A stretch of DNA of 63,320 bases, the filler included, from Octopus bimaculoides (lineage: Eukaryota), in NCBI RefSeq assembly GCF_001194135.2. It is 7 parts of 6 records of this genome, joined end to end, with 100 filler letters (N's around TTAATTAATTAA, not from the genome) between each part and the next. Parts side by side here need not be neighbours in the genome. Positions count along the whole stretch, not along the records: positions 47,675 to 58,852 come from NC_068986.1; positions 58,953 to 61,430 come from NW_026437309.1; 5 more parts are not named here. One strand, given 5' to 3'. The stretch's first letter is position 1; each line of letters opens with the position of its first letter. A program made the position numbers and the translations under genes. Positions 49,193 through 60,791 of this stretch are shown piece by piece. The notes beneath the pieces were generated by a model. It was not told the DNA's origin. It saw only the letters and a list, made by a program, of their open reading frames with translations, and made no database searches.

Positions 49193-50092
49193 CATTTTCT
49201 AATTGATTTNNNNNNNNNNNNNNNNNNNNNNNNNNNNNNNNNNNNNNNNNNNNNNNNNNNNNNNNNNNNNNNNNNNNNNNNNNNNNNNNNNNNNNNNNNN
49301 NNNNNNNNNNNNNNNNNNNNNNNNNNNNNNNNNNNNNNNNNNNNNNNNNNNNNNNNNNNNNNNNNNNNNNNNNNNNNNNNNNNNNNNNNNNNNNNNNNNN
49401 NNNNNNNNNNNNNNNNNNNNNNNNNNNNNNNNNNNNNNNNNNNNNNNNNNNNNNNNNNNNNNNNNNNNNNNNNNNNNNNNNNNNNNNNNNNNNNNNNNNN
49501 NNNNNNNNNNNNNNNNNNNNNNNNNNNNNNNNNNNNNNNNNNNNNNNNNNNNNNNNNNNNNNNNNNNNNNNNNNNNNNNNNNNNNNNNNNNNNNNNNNNN
49601 NNNNNNNNNNNNNNNNNNNNNNNNNNNNNNNNNNNNNNNNNNNNNNNNNNNNNNNNNNNNNNNNNNNNNNNNNNNNNNNNNNNNNNNNNNNNNNNNNNNN
49701 NNNNNNNNNNNNNNNNNNNNNNNNNNNNNNNNNNNNNNNNNNNNNNNNNNNNNNNNNNNNNNNNNNNNNNNNNNNNNNNNNNNNNNNNNNNNNNNNNNNN
49801 NNNNNNNNNNNNNNNNNNNNNNNNNNNNNNNNNNNNNNNNNNNNNNNNNNNNNNNNNNNNNNNNNNNNNNNNNNNNNNNNNNNNNNNNNNNNNNNNNNNN
49901 NNNNNNNNNNNNNNNNNNNNNNNNNNNNNNNNNNNNNNNNNNNNNNNNNNNNNNNNNNNNNNNNNNNNNNNNNNNNNNNNNNNNNNNNNNNNNNNNNNNN
50001 NNNNNNNNNNNNNNNNNNNNNNNNNNNNNNNNNNNNNNNNNNNNNNNNNNNNNNNNNNNNNNNNNNNNNNNNNNNNNNNNNNNNNNNNNNNN

Positions 50093-51200
50093 TATATAAT
50101 TAAGTGGAGAATGGAGAAACAAACACAAGAAGAAGCAAGTCGATTGGACTAGTTAGCCATTGGTTTAATTATGTGGAAATTATACAATGAGTCATTTACG
50201 ATGGTTTCGATGTGCCAAATGGTTTGGCTGATCTGTTCAGAATGTTGAGAAGTATGTGAAAGTTCATGGTGTGAGAGATGCAGGAGAAACAGTTAGTGGA
50301 TATAGTAATGCACATAGTGGTATAAGAATAGAGTTAGGTAAAGTTAGTCTTACATTTTAGTTTAAAGTTGTGTTAATAGTCTTTCTGCGAAGGAGAGGTA
50401 GCGTGGGTGCTGTTCAAGCTCGTAGTTCCAATTTTGGTCAAACGCATTTCGCACGTGTTTGTTGTTTGGCATATACTAAAAGCAGCAAATTCTTATAACC
50501 CAACTAACAGACGCTGTGACGTCTGTCTAACTGAACGCCTCAAAATCCTAACGACTACAAAGCATCTTTTAAACAAGTGATATGAAAATAACTAATTTGT
50601 TTACACACTACAAAAAATTCACTTTCTAAGTATAATTAAATATGTAAAACATTCAACTTTCTAAGTATAATTAAATATGTAAAAAAGAATTTTCCTTTTC
50701 TAAGTATAATTAATGATAATTAAATATTAATTAGGTCAGAGTTAGCTCCCTCTTCACCAAAACTTAGAGTTACTTCCCTTTACTAACACAGCCATTGCTA
50801 AAAGTAAAAGACACGCTTGAATTTTTAAAAACAAACATGTGGGAAATGTGTTTGACCAAAATTGGAACTACGAGCTTGAACAGCACCCACCCTACCTCTC
50901 CTTCGCAGAAAGACTATTAACACAACTTCAACTAAAATGTAAGACTAACTTTACCTAACTCTATTCTTATACCACTATATATGCATTACTATATCCACTA
51001 ACTGTTACTCCTGCATCTCTCACACCATGAACTTTAACATACTTCTCAACATTCTGAAGAGATCTGCCAAACCATTTGGCACATCGAAATGATCGTAAAT
51101 GACTCATAATTAAATCTCCACATAATTAAATCAATGGCTAACTAGTCCAATTGACTTGCTTCTTCTTGTGTTTGTTTCTCCATTCTCCACTTAATTATAA
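50093..51200. mobile_element. Penelope-like element remnant with about 370-bp inverted arms
   Basis: Arms about 50093-50465 and 50824-51200 are reverse complements. The spacer encodes WHILKAANSYNPTNRRCDVCLTERLKILT...LLNK (50467-50580), like the C-terminus of Penelope GIY-YIG ORFs. Confidence 0.7.
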
Positions 51201-51230
51201 TTATAAACTTTGGTTTAAACAATAAATTAC

Positions 51231-51335
51231 CTGCCTCTGGATACCTTCTAACAAAGACAGTACCCACACAAGTAATCTCCAGGAGTGCCTTCGGATTTAA
51301 CTATCCCCTGGTTGCTTAGATACTTCAGACTACCC
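51231..51335 (-). CDS. candidate upstream exon of the flavin-reductase-like gene
   Basis: Ends ...GTT AGA AGG TAT CCA GAG GCA G|gtaatt (VRRYPEA plus phase 1), which joins exon A to give RRYPEAVVLITT, like the family R.fP.gV.vvTT. The frame is not open back to the good acceptor at 51335, and the exon lies beyond a scaffold join. Confidence 0.45.
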
Positions 51336-51364
51336 CTGAAATATTGAAGCAATCCTATCATATA

Positions 51365-51409
<45 letters not shown>

Positions 51410-51641
51410 TTTTATTTATTTCAGTCATTTGAGTGTAGCCATGCTGGAGCATCACCTTAAAGGGTTTTAGAAGAGCAAATCAATGCCAGGACTTATTCTT
51501 TGTAAGCTTGGTACTTATTCTATTGGTCTCTTCAGCTGAACCACTAAGTTACACAGACATAAACACACCAACACTGGTTGTCAAGCAATGGTGAGAGGAT
51601 AAACACTGACACAAAGACACACACACACACACACATATATA

Positions 51642-53489
51642 CAGAGGTGGGAACCATTAATAGAAAAGTTAACTGCATTAATTGTCAATCCGTTAACTAG
51701 AAAGTTAACTTCATTAATCGTTAATCCATTAATTCTTTGCAAATGTAATGGAAAATTTTTGAAAGTTGCATTATATTGGGATTTAAAGAATTGTGTACAA
51801 TATTAAATACTAGCTGGCCCTGTGCCGTCAAAATGACGGCTAATTGTAGTATTTTATATTTAGATAAGGTACAAAACCAAGTTTTAAGTTAAATAATTAA
51901 TTTATTACCAAATTTTTTGTTAATCCATTAATGTTAACTCTAATTGGAAAAAGGCATAAGGTGGCAAGCTGGCAGAAACGTTAGCACGCCGAGTGAAATG
52001 CTTAGTGGTATTTCTTCTGTCTTTATATTCTGAGTTCAAATTCCGCCGAGGTCAACTTTGCCTTTCATTCTTTCAGGGTCGATAAATTAAGTACCAGTTA
52101 TGTAGTGGGATCGATCTAATCAACTGGCCCCTCCTCAAAAATTTCAGGTCTTGTGCCCTAGAGTAGAAAAGATTGGAAAAAAACATAACTACAGTTTAAT
52201 ACCCCACTGATTTTATTACCTTATAACTTCCAGAAAAATGGATACTTTTTAACAAAACTTTCACCAAATAATTGCGTATATCCTGTAGATTGAGTGTATG
52301 TAATGATTTGTTGAAAAAAATTTTCTGAGGTGTTGGAGAGAGGAATTTTGGAAAATTCACAGGACCCAACATTTTCCCCCTCATAACTTTCTGGAAAATA
52401 GGTATTTTTTGATGAAATGTTATACACATACCTTTCAGTGTAGATTATGATTACAAAGAAATTTGTAGGCAAAATTTTTGAAAGTTGCATTATATTGGGA
52501 TTTAAAGAATTGTGTACAATATTAAATACTAGCTGGCCCTGTGCCGTCAAAATGACGGCTAATTGTAGTATTTTATATTTAGATAAGGTACAAAACCAAG
52601 TTTTAAGTTAAATAATTAATTTATTACCAAATTTTTTGTGAAAAATCTATCCGCAACTAACATCCCTTGACTGCTTATTTCCTTCAAAACAATTTTAAAG
52701 TTTTCCTTCCTTCTTGTATGACTTAAGGCCACATAAAGCTGGCCATGACTAAATATGGGAGCTGGCAAGTAAATACCAACTTTTTCAAAGTTCTGTCCTT
52801 GAGATTTGTTTATGGTCTTCGCAAAAGCTGGTATCACAATTATGTCGATGTTATCTACTGGTTGTCTTTTGAGATGTGACATCGATCATCATTTGCTACT
52901 GAAAGAACGTTGGTTCATACATACAAACATTTACATACTTACCTTGTGCATGCACACACATAGTCACACAGAGTTGAAACGCTGTTTGATTTTTCTTTTC
53001 AGTGTTGAATGTTCACCATCCCACTTTCATTACACACACACACACAAACATTCACATACCTCCCTTTAACATACACAGACATACTCACACAGAGTTGAAA
53101 TGCTGTTTTCACCATAGAATTTCCATCATCCCACTACCAGTTTGCCATCACCTCTTCTTTCCTAATTCATCTATCACCCCTTCCTTTCTCATTCATATGT
53201 TGTGACAGAGAAAAACACAAAAGTATTATTATAGTAGATGCTAAGACAATCTGAAAACAATAGAAACTTTTAAACGTTAACTAGTTTTCAAGAAATTTTT
53301 GGGTTAACAGGCTTGAGTTAAGAGAAGCTAAATGTAACAGAAGTTAATTAGTCCGACAATGATTTTCAAAGATAACTTAAAAAAATAAAAAGTTTAGAAA
53401 GGTATAACAATGCACTATAGAACAAAAAATGGACTATATACCTTTGTTAATTAATGATTACTGGATTATTGGACTTACGCCCATCTCTG
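51642..53489. mobile_element. non-autonomous DNA transposon (hAT-like termini) hosting a SINE and the Helitron
   Basis: Terminal CAGAGGTGGG / CCCATCTCTG (9 of 10 inverted match); related sequence at 56089-56300; no clear TSD. Confidence 0.5.
52529..53210 (-). mobile_element. non-autonomous Helitron with PIF1-type helicase C-terminal remnant
   Basis: [37 protein letters not shown]; 3-prime hairpin GCCGTCA-aaa-TGACGGC (52543-52559) 10 nt before terminal CTAG|T; 5-prime end approximate. Confidence 0.85.
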
Positions 53490-53492
53490 CAT

Positions 53493-55378
53493 CTGGTGGT
53501 CAATGAGGAAACTAGGGATAGATGAGTGGTTAGTGAGCGCTGTGCAAGCCATGTACAGGGATGCTGTCAGTAAGGTGCGGGTTGGCAACGAGTAAAGTGA
53601 AGGATTCCAGGTAGAGGTAGGGGTCTACCAAGGCTCAGTCCTCAACCCCCTCCTATTTATCATAGTCCTCCAGGCAATAACACAGGAATTCAAGACAGGA
53701 TGCCCCTGGGAGCTCCTCTATGCTGATGACCTTGCCCTAATTGCTAAGTCACTATCAGAACTAGAAGAGAAGTTTCAGGTGTGGAAGCAAGGACTAGAAT
53801 CATAGGGCCTTAGAGTCAACCTAGCTAAAACCAAAGTCCTGATAAGTAGGAAGGTAGACAAAACACAAACCCCTTCAGGTAGATGGCCCTGTTTGATCTG
53901 TAGAAAAGGCGTGGGTAGAAACTTTATAAGATGTACCCAGTGTAAGCTATGGACACATAAGAGGTGCAGCAATATCAATGGAAGGCTAACTAGGAAGATA
54001 GTTTTTGTATGTACCAGATGTTCAGGAGCAATAAACACTAAAAATGTGCAGAAAACAACTTCTGCCACATTCCAGGGAGAAAAACTAGAAGTAGTTAATA
54101 GTTTCCGTTATCTAGGTGACTAAGTAGTGGGAGAGGGTGCACTGAAAGTGTAGCTGCTAGAATAAGAATAGCCTGGGCAAAGTTCAGAGAGCTTTTACCT
54201 CTGCTGGTGACAAAAGGCCTCTCACTCAGAGTAAAAGGCAGACTGTATGATGCATGTGTATGACCAGCCATGCTACATGGCAGTGAAACATGGGCCGTGA
54301 CTGCTGAGGACATGCGTAAGCTTGCAAGGAATGAAGCCTGTCTTCTCCAATGGATGTGTAAAGTCAGTGTGCATACTCGACAGAGTGTAAGTACCTTGAG
54401 AGAAAAGTTAGACCTAAGAAGCATCAGTTGTGGTNNNNNNNNNNNNNNNNNNNNNNNNNNNNNNNNNNNNNNNNNNNNNNNNNNNNNNNNNNNNNNNNNN
54501 NNNNNNNNNNNNNNNNNNNNNNNNNNNNNNNNNNNNNNNNNNNNGGAAGAGGTAAACCCAAGAAGACCTGGGATGACGTGGTGAAGCAGGACTTTCAAAC
54601 AATAAGCCTCACCGAGGCAATGACTTGTGACCGAGACCTTTGGAAATATGCAGTGCGTGAGAAGACCCAGCAAGCCAAGTGAGACCATGATCCGAGGCCT
54701 CTGCCAGGGATGTAGCCAGCCCACTTATGCGTACCTTTCCTTCATTGGACACTAAACTCTGTTTGCGAAGACCTGTTGAGGCAAATGAAATCAATCAAAA
54801 TTTGATGACTGGCACCCATGGCAACCTCTCCTTCATTGAACATTAAACTCTGCTTGCGAAGACCTGTTGGGGCAAGTAAAATCGAAATCTTGATTGAACC
54901 AAATTTGATGACTGGCACCTGTGCCAGTGGAGCGCTAAGAGCACCATCTGAGCATGATCATTGCCAGAGCAGCTGTCTGGCTTCCATGCTAGTGGCACGT
55001 AAATAGCACCATTTGAGCGTGATTGTTACTAGCGTCACCTCACTGGCACTTGTGCTGGTGGCACGTGAAAAAACGTTCAAGCGAGGTCGTTGCCAGTGCT
55101 GCTGGACTGGTTCTTGTGAAAGTGGCACGTAAAAAACACTATTTTGAGCATGGCTGTTGCCAGTACCGCCTGACTGTCCCTCGTGCAGGTGGCACGTAAA
55201 AGCACCCTATACACTCTTGGAGTGATTGGCATTAGGAAGGGCATCCAGCTGTAGAAACTCTGCCAGATCAGATTGGAACCTGGTGCAGCCTTCTGGTTTG
55301 CCAATCCTCAGTCAAATCGTCCAACCCATGCTAGCATGGAAAGCGGACGTTATACGATGATGATGATGATGATGATAT
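53493..55378 (+). mobile_element. 5-prime-truncated RTE-type LINE with its repeat-rich 3-prime tail ending in (GAT)n
   Basis: KLGIDEWLV, QGSVLNPLLF, ELLYADDL (YADD 53719-53730), LHGSETWAV; premature stops; tail contains gggcatccagctgtagaaactctgcc...gatgatgat. Confidence 0.92.
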
Positions 55379-56724
55379 ATATATATGATACGGTTCTTTC
55401 AGTTTCCATCAGCCAAATCCACTCACAAGGCTTTGGTTGCCCTAAGGCTATAGTAGAAGACACTCGACCAACAAGCCACGCAGTGGGACTGAACCTAGAA
55501 CAATATAGTTGGGAAGCAAGCTTCTTATCACACAGCCATGTATGTATATGTGTGTATGTGTATGTATGTATACATATACACATATATATATACACACAAA
55601 CACACATATATATACACACATGTATATATACACACACACGTGTGTGTGTGTGTTGTTGTGTCTCCTTTTCTTGAGATCACATGATGGTTGTAAATGACTA
55701 TCACTGTCATAGAAACAGTGTCATTCATTCCAATATTCTGCAAAAACATGTCTGGCCATAGGAAAATGTTACTTTGCTTGAAAACAAGTGGGAGATGGTA
55801 ACAGGAAGGACATCAACTTGCAGAAAATTTGCTTCAATAAACTCTATCCAACCCATGAAAGCATGAAAAAGACGATGTTAAAACAACGATAATGATGGTA
55901 GTGATTATATATATTTATTTATTTATTTATGTGTTTCAGCCAAGTGGCTGCGGTCATGCTGGTGCACCACCGTGATATATATAAATATGTTCATTTAATT
56001 ATATACGTTTTTGTGTCGTAACTCCTTTATCATTATTATTATGATATATATATATATATATATGTATATGTATGTATATATATATATGCAGAGCTGGAAG
56101 TCCATTAATCGTTAATTAACAAAGTTAACAGCTTAGTTAACGATTTAACTTTTAAGTTAACTTTGAAAATCCTTATCAGACTAATTAACTTCCATTACAT
56201 TTAGCTTCCATTAACTCAAGTCTGTTAACCCCCAAATTTCATAAAAGCCAGTAAATGTTTAAAGGTTTCTATTGTTTTCAGATTGTCTTAGCATATTTAA
56301 GATTGTACGTATCATTCTTTCAACCCCAATATAATGCCACTTATTATTATAAATAACTTGTAAGGATTTTGTTTGGCCCTGCCTGGATTTGAATGCACCA
56401 GAAAAAATCTGTGGAAAAAAATTATTCCACATTAAGGTACAAAATATTTACCGAAAGGATAAAATCTTGTACCGATTATACTTGTATTTTAATTAATTCG
56501 AATTAATGTACTTCATCTTGAAAAGTGGCAAAATGTTTGTTAGTTGCTATCTGGGATAATTTTTACTGGATACTGGATGGTTTCCATGTTGAAGCTCCTA
56601 GGAGCTTGTTCACCGGTCTTTTTCCACTAGTACAATTAATTTGTCATGTGTGGTACAGCACTTCGACAGTTGTAGCTAATAGTAACAGACAGGGTCAAAT
56701 TTTGCAGGAAGCTCCCTCCAGTAT

Positions 56725-57993
56725 GCATCAAGCCTGTTCTTGAAGGTATTGACTGATGGAGCTGTGACCACACTATTTGGCAGACTGTTCCAGATGGCGG
56801 TCACACGCTATACGAAAAAGCAGATTTTAATGTTGAGCCTGCAGTGTGATCTTTCCAATTTCAGGTTGTGTCCTCTCATATTTCTGCTTTGAAAGTAGTT
56901 GAATTGGGGGCGGTTGGTCAGGTACAGGCCATGCATATACTTATACATGTTGATCATATTCCCCCTGAGATGGCGATGTTCGAGACTAGGCAGGTTTAGT
57001 GCAGCCAAGTGCTCTGGGTATAGCTTTTCTTTCAAGGATGCAATGAGTTTGGTGGCATGCCTCTGAACATCCTCCAACTCACAACACATTGCCTTATGCC
57101 AGATTGTGTGTCCATATTCAAGAAGCAGGTGAACTAGATACTTGTACAGCTGGACAAAGACAACAGGGGTAATGAAGTCAAATGATCGTCAGATGACTCC
57201 AAGGATTCGATTTGCTTTTGCAGTTGCTTGGTCTACATGGTTCCTGAAGGTCAGCTCTTTGTCGATCAAGATGCCAAGATCCTCCTCAACCTCACTTTCT
57301 GCTAGCTCCACCACAGTCCATTCACCCTGTGCATCCTAGCCTCTCATGTAGTATTTCCTGTCCGTCTTCTCAGGATGGAACCGCATTTGCCAGTTCGTCG
57401 ACCACTCATGATGGCGATCCAGGTTGTCTTGCAGTGTTGCCATGGTCACATCAACGTCATTCCTTGCAAAGGTCTTTGTGTCGTTAGCAAATAACCTGAT
57501 ATGGCTCTGGACATGTCAAGGTAGGTCGTTTATATACATAAGAAACAGTACTGGGCCAATGACACTGCCTTGTCACCTCTCCCCGCTCTGACTTCACGTC
57601 GTTGACACAGATTCGTTGTGACTGGTGGCTCAAGAAGTCCCAGATCCACTAAAGAACATTTCCCTTGATACCGTGAGCTTCTACTTTGGCTACAAACCTA
57701 CGATGTGGGACGCAGTCAAACGCTTTCATGTAATCCATGTAGATTGCATCGACTCCTCCCCCTGCATCCAAGGCCTCTGTCCAGATGTCAAGAATGTCAA
57801 GCAGTTGCGTCACACATGATCTCCCCTTTGTGAACCCATGCTGTTCTTGGTTGATGAGGTCGTTTCGCCACAGGTGTTCAATGATGTGCTCACAAACAAG
57901 TACCTCCATCACCTTGCACAGTACACAGGTCAAGCTTACTGGCCTGTAGTTGTTGACCACAAAACAGCTCCCTTTCTTGAATTTTTGTAACAA
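56725..57993 (-). mobile_element. decayed CR1-clade LINE reverse transcriptase
   Basis: NYRPVSLTCVLCK, QHGFTKGRSCVTQLL, DYMKAFDCVPHRR, FANDTK (catalytic DD mutated), VQRHATKLI, LNLPSLEHRHLRG. Confidence 0.92.
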
Positions 57994-58952
57994 ATCAAAC
58001 AGGTAAGATGCATTAAGAATTTCAATTTCAGTGTTTATCCATAATGTTATTGCTTTTACACCTGTTAATTAAATTTATCAGCCCATAAAAGTCAAATTCC
58101 CTCAGCAAAATCAGCTAAAATTACATAACTATAAACCAGTAGTGTATAAAGCACCCACTGACAAAATTTCAAATCTGTATGTAAATTTACAAAGTTACAA
58201 GCTAATATTGTGGACACCCCTCATGAACCTGAATAATTCAAAATAACGTGAACAAATAAGTATTACATTTGACAGATTAATTACGAACACTAAAGATGCT
58301 TTTAGGTTTTTTTTCTTACAAATACACATAAAACTGCCTTGCTCAGTTAGGATTACATGTGTTACTTTGACACCATCATTCCATAAAATTTATTCATAGG
58401 GAGAAAAATATTGCAAAATGTCAATAGATGTGTGAGTGAGGAAGAAACGAGGAGGGAGGTTTTGGGATGCGCTAGAAACAACAACCAGATCTCCCTTAAA
58501 TCACACATTTTCCTCTGAAATTATTAATAATTTCTTTTTTAAACCAAAAATGTTTCTCTCATGGGTTTTAAGTGTATAGTGAAAAAAGAAATGGCCAAAA
58601 TCGTTTTGGACTGGGATGGTGAAGGAGCAGCAGGAGTGAAAAAAAAAAATTTTCGATATCCTTTTCTCTTTTTTGTGAAAAGATGCCTCCCTTCATTCTG
58701 AAGACTTTGGTGAAAAACATTGGCAAACATCCCCAATAAAACAGAAATTCCCACTTATGTGGGTCGTCTGATTCAAAACTTTGTTTTCCAGAAACTCCAC
58801 CACCCCCCGCCCCCTTCCAAACTTTTTGCCTACAAATTTCTTTGTAAACGTANNNNNNNNNNNNNNNNNNNNNNNNNNNNNNNNNNNNNNNNNNNNTTAA
58901 TTAATTAANNNNNNNNNNNNNNNNNNNNNNNNNNNNNNNNNNNNNNNNNNNN

Positions 58953-59135
58953 AAAAGGTATAAAGATTGTGTGAAGGAAAACCTGAAGAAACTAGATATG
59001 AAGAAAAGTGATTGGGAAAATGATGCTCTAGATTGGAATAAGTGGAGGGGTGCTGTTAGGACTGGTTGCAATGCCTGGGAGGAAAAGATGATTTAGTGCT
59101 CTGAACTTAAAAGGGCCTGTTGTAAAGGAACAATT
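58953..59135 (+). mobile_element. RTE/BovB-like ORF C-terminal fragment
   Basis: KRYKDCVKENLKKLDMKKSDWENDALDWNKWRGAVRTG. Confidence 0.7.
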
Positions 59136-59252
59136 GGAACTGTAATCGATAGTGAATATTGGATATGTATTATTTCTGACTGTGTTCTGTATATATACAT
59201 AAATATATGCGTGTGTGTGTGTGTGTGTGTGTGTGAATGTATATACATTAAA

Positions 59253-59316
<64 letters not shown>

Positions 59317-59746
59317 TATATGTATATTTATGTATATATACACATACATGTGTATATACATATATCTTTATCTTCACTCACACACACATACATACTTACA
59401 CACACACACTTACACACACACACACACACACACCATACACACACATACATACATACACACGGACAACCCACGAACTCATCTCCTCCGTCCTCACTCCTAT
59501 TTCTCATACAATCACGTACAATCGTTGTCACAAGTCTGAACTTTAACCCAGCATTACGTCATCTTCTCGCTAGATGTCGTTCTATAAATTCGACATACTC
59601 TTCATATACAAAGGCATCCTTTGATGGCAGACGATGGCTTCTTTTTAACTTAATTCTCCATTTTTTATAATATTTATATATGCTCCGCTTCTTTCTTCTT
59701 TTTCGTTTATAATTAAAATCATGATTATTATTATTATTATTATTAT

Positions 59747-59796
<50 letters not shown>

Positions 59797-60321
59797 AGTG
59801 AGAGAGCAGTGCATGACGTCAAAGTGACTCTGGAGTACAGATATACGAAGCCCAATATACCCATCATGACCACCCATCTGATAAGGGTACGCCAGGCACA
59901 TGCATCACAACCATATGTCCGCGACATGGTGATCTCATATCAAGATAAACTGCACATGACCTTGCAGGTGGGGCCCAGTTAGAATTTTCTTCAGGTCGAG
60001 TAGCCCTGAATGAAGGTTGTTTAAGGATGATGAACGAACCACCCATGTTTCCAGAGGTGAATTATTCAAATCCCAAAGAATTCCTCTCAACACATGGCTA
60101 TGATGCTCCCCCACCACTTCTGATTATGATCAGAGATGCACATATCGTCAGCCACTAAGGCACATGCTCAACTGGTTAAGGTCAAACAACCGACAAGCAC
60201 ATTTGTGGTATTGAGCAGAATATTTGCTGTAGCCCATCTGTTATACCAAGACAAGACATGTACATGTTAACACTTCCAATTAGTTCAGATCAGAAGCCAT
60301 GAGAGTCACTGTCTGGTACTG

Positions 60322-60358
<37 letters not shown>

Positions 60359-60554
60359 GAGAACTGAAATCTCATAATTGCTTTATGTAAGCACATATAC
60401 ACAACATATATCTGTGTGTGTGTGTGTGTATGTGTGTGTGTGTGTGTGTGTATACATATGTATACACTATTGAAAAGGTTGCAAGACGGAAAGAAAATTT
60501 TAGAAAAATAAAGAAAGAATTAAGTGGTTCAATCCCACAGTATGGCACCTTGGG

Positions 60555-60618
<64 letters not shown>

Positions 60619-60753
60619 TGGCTTTCTTCCAGCTTCTGTCTGACAAATCCACTCAAAGACTTTGATCGGCCCGAAGTTATGGCAGAAGACATTTGGCCAA
60701 GGCACAACGCACTGGGTTAGGAAGCAAATTTCTTGCCATTTAGTCACATATTG

Positions 60754-60791
<38 letters not shown>

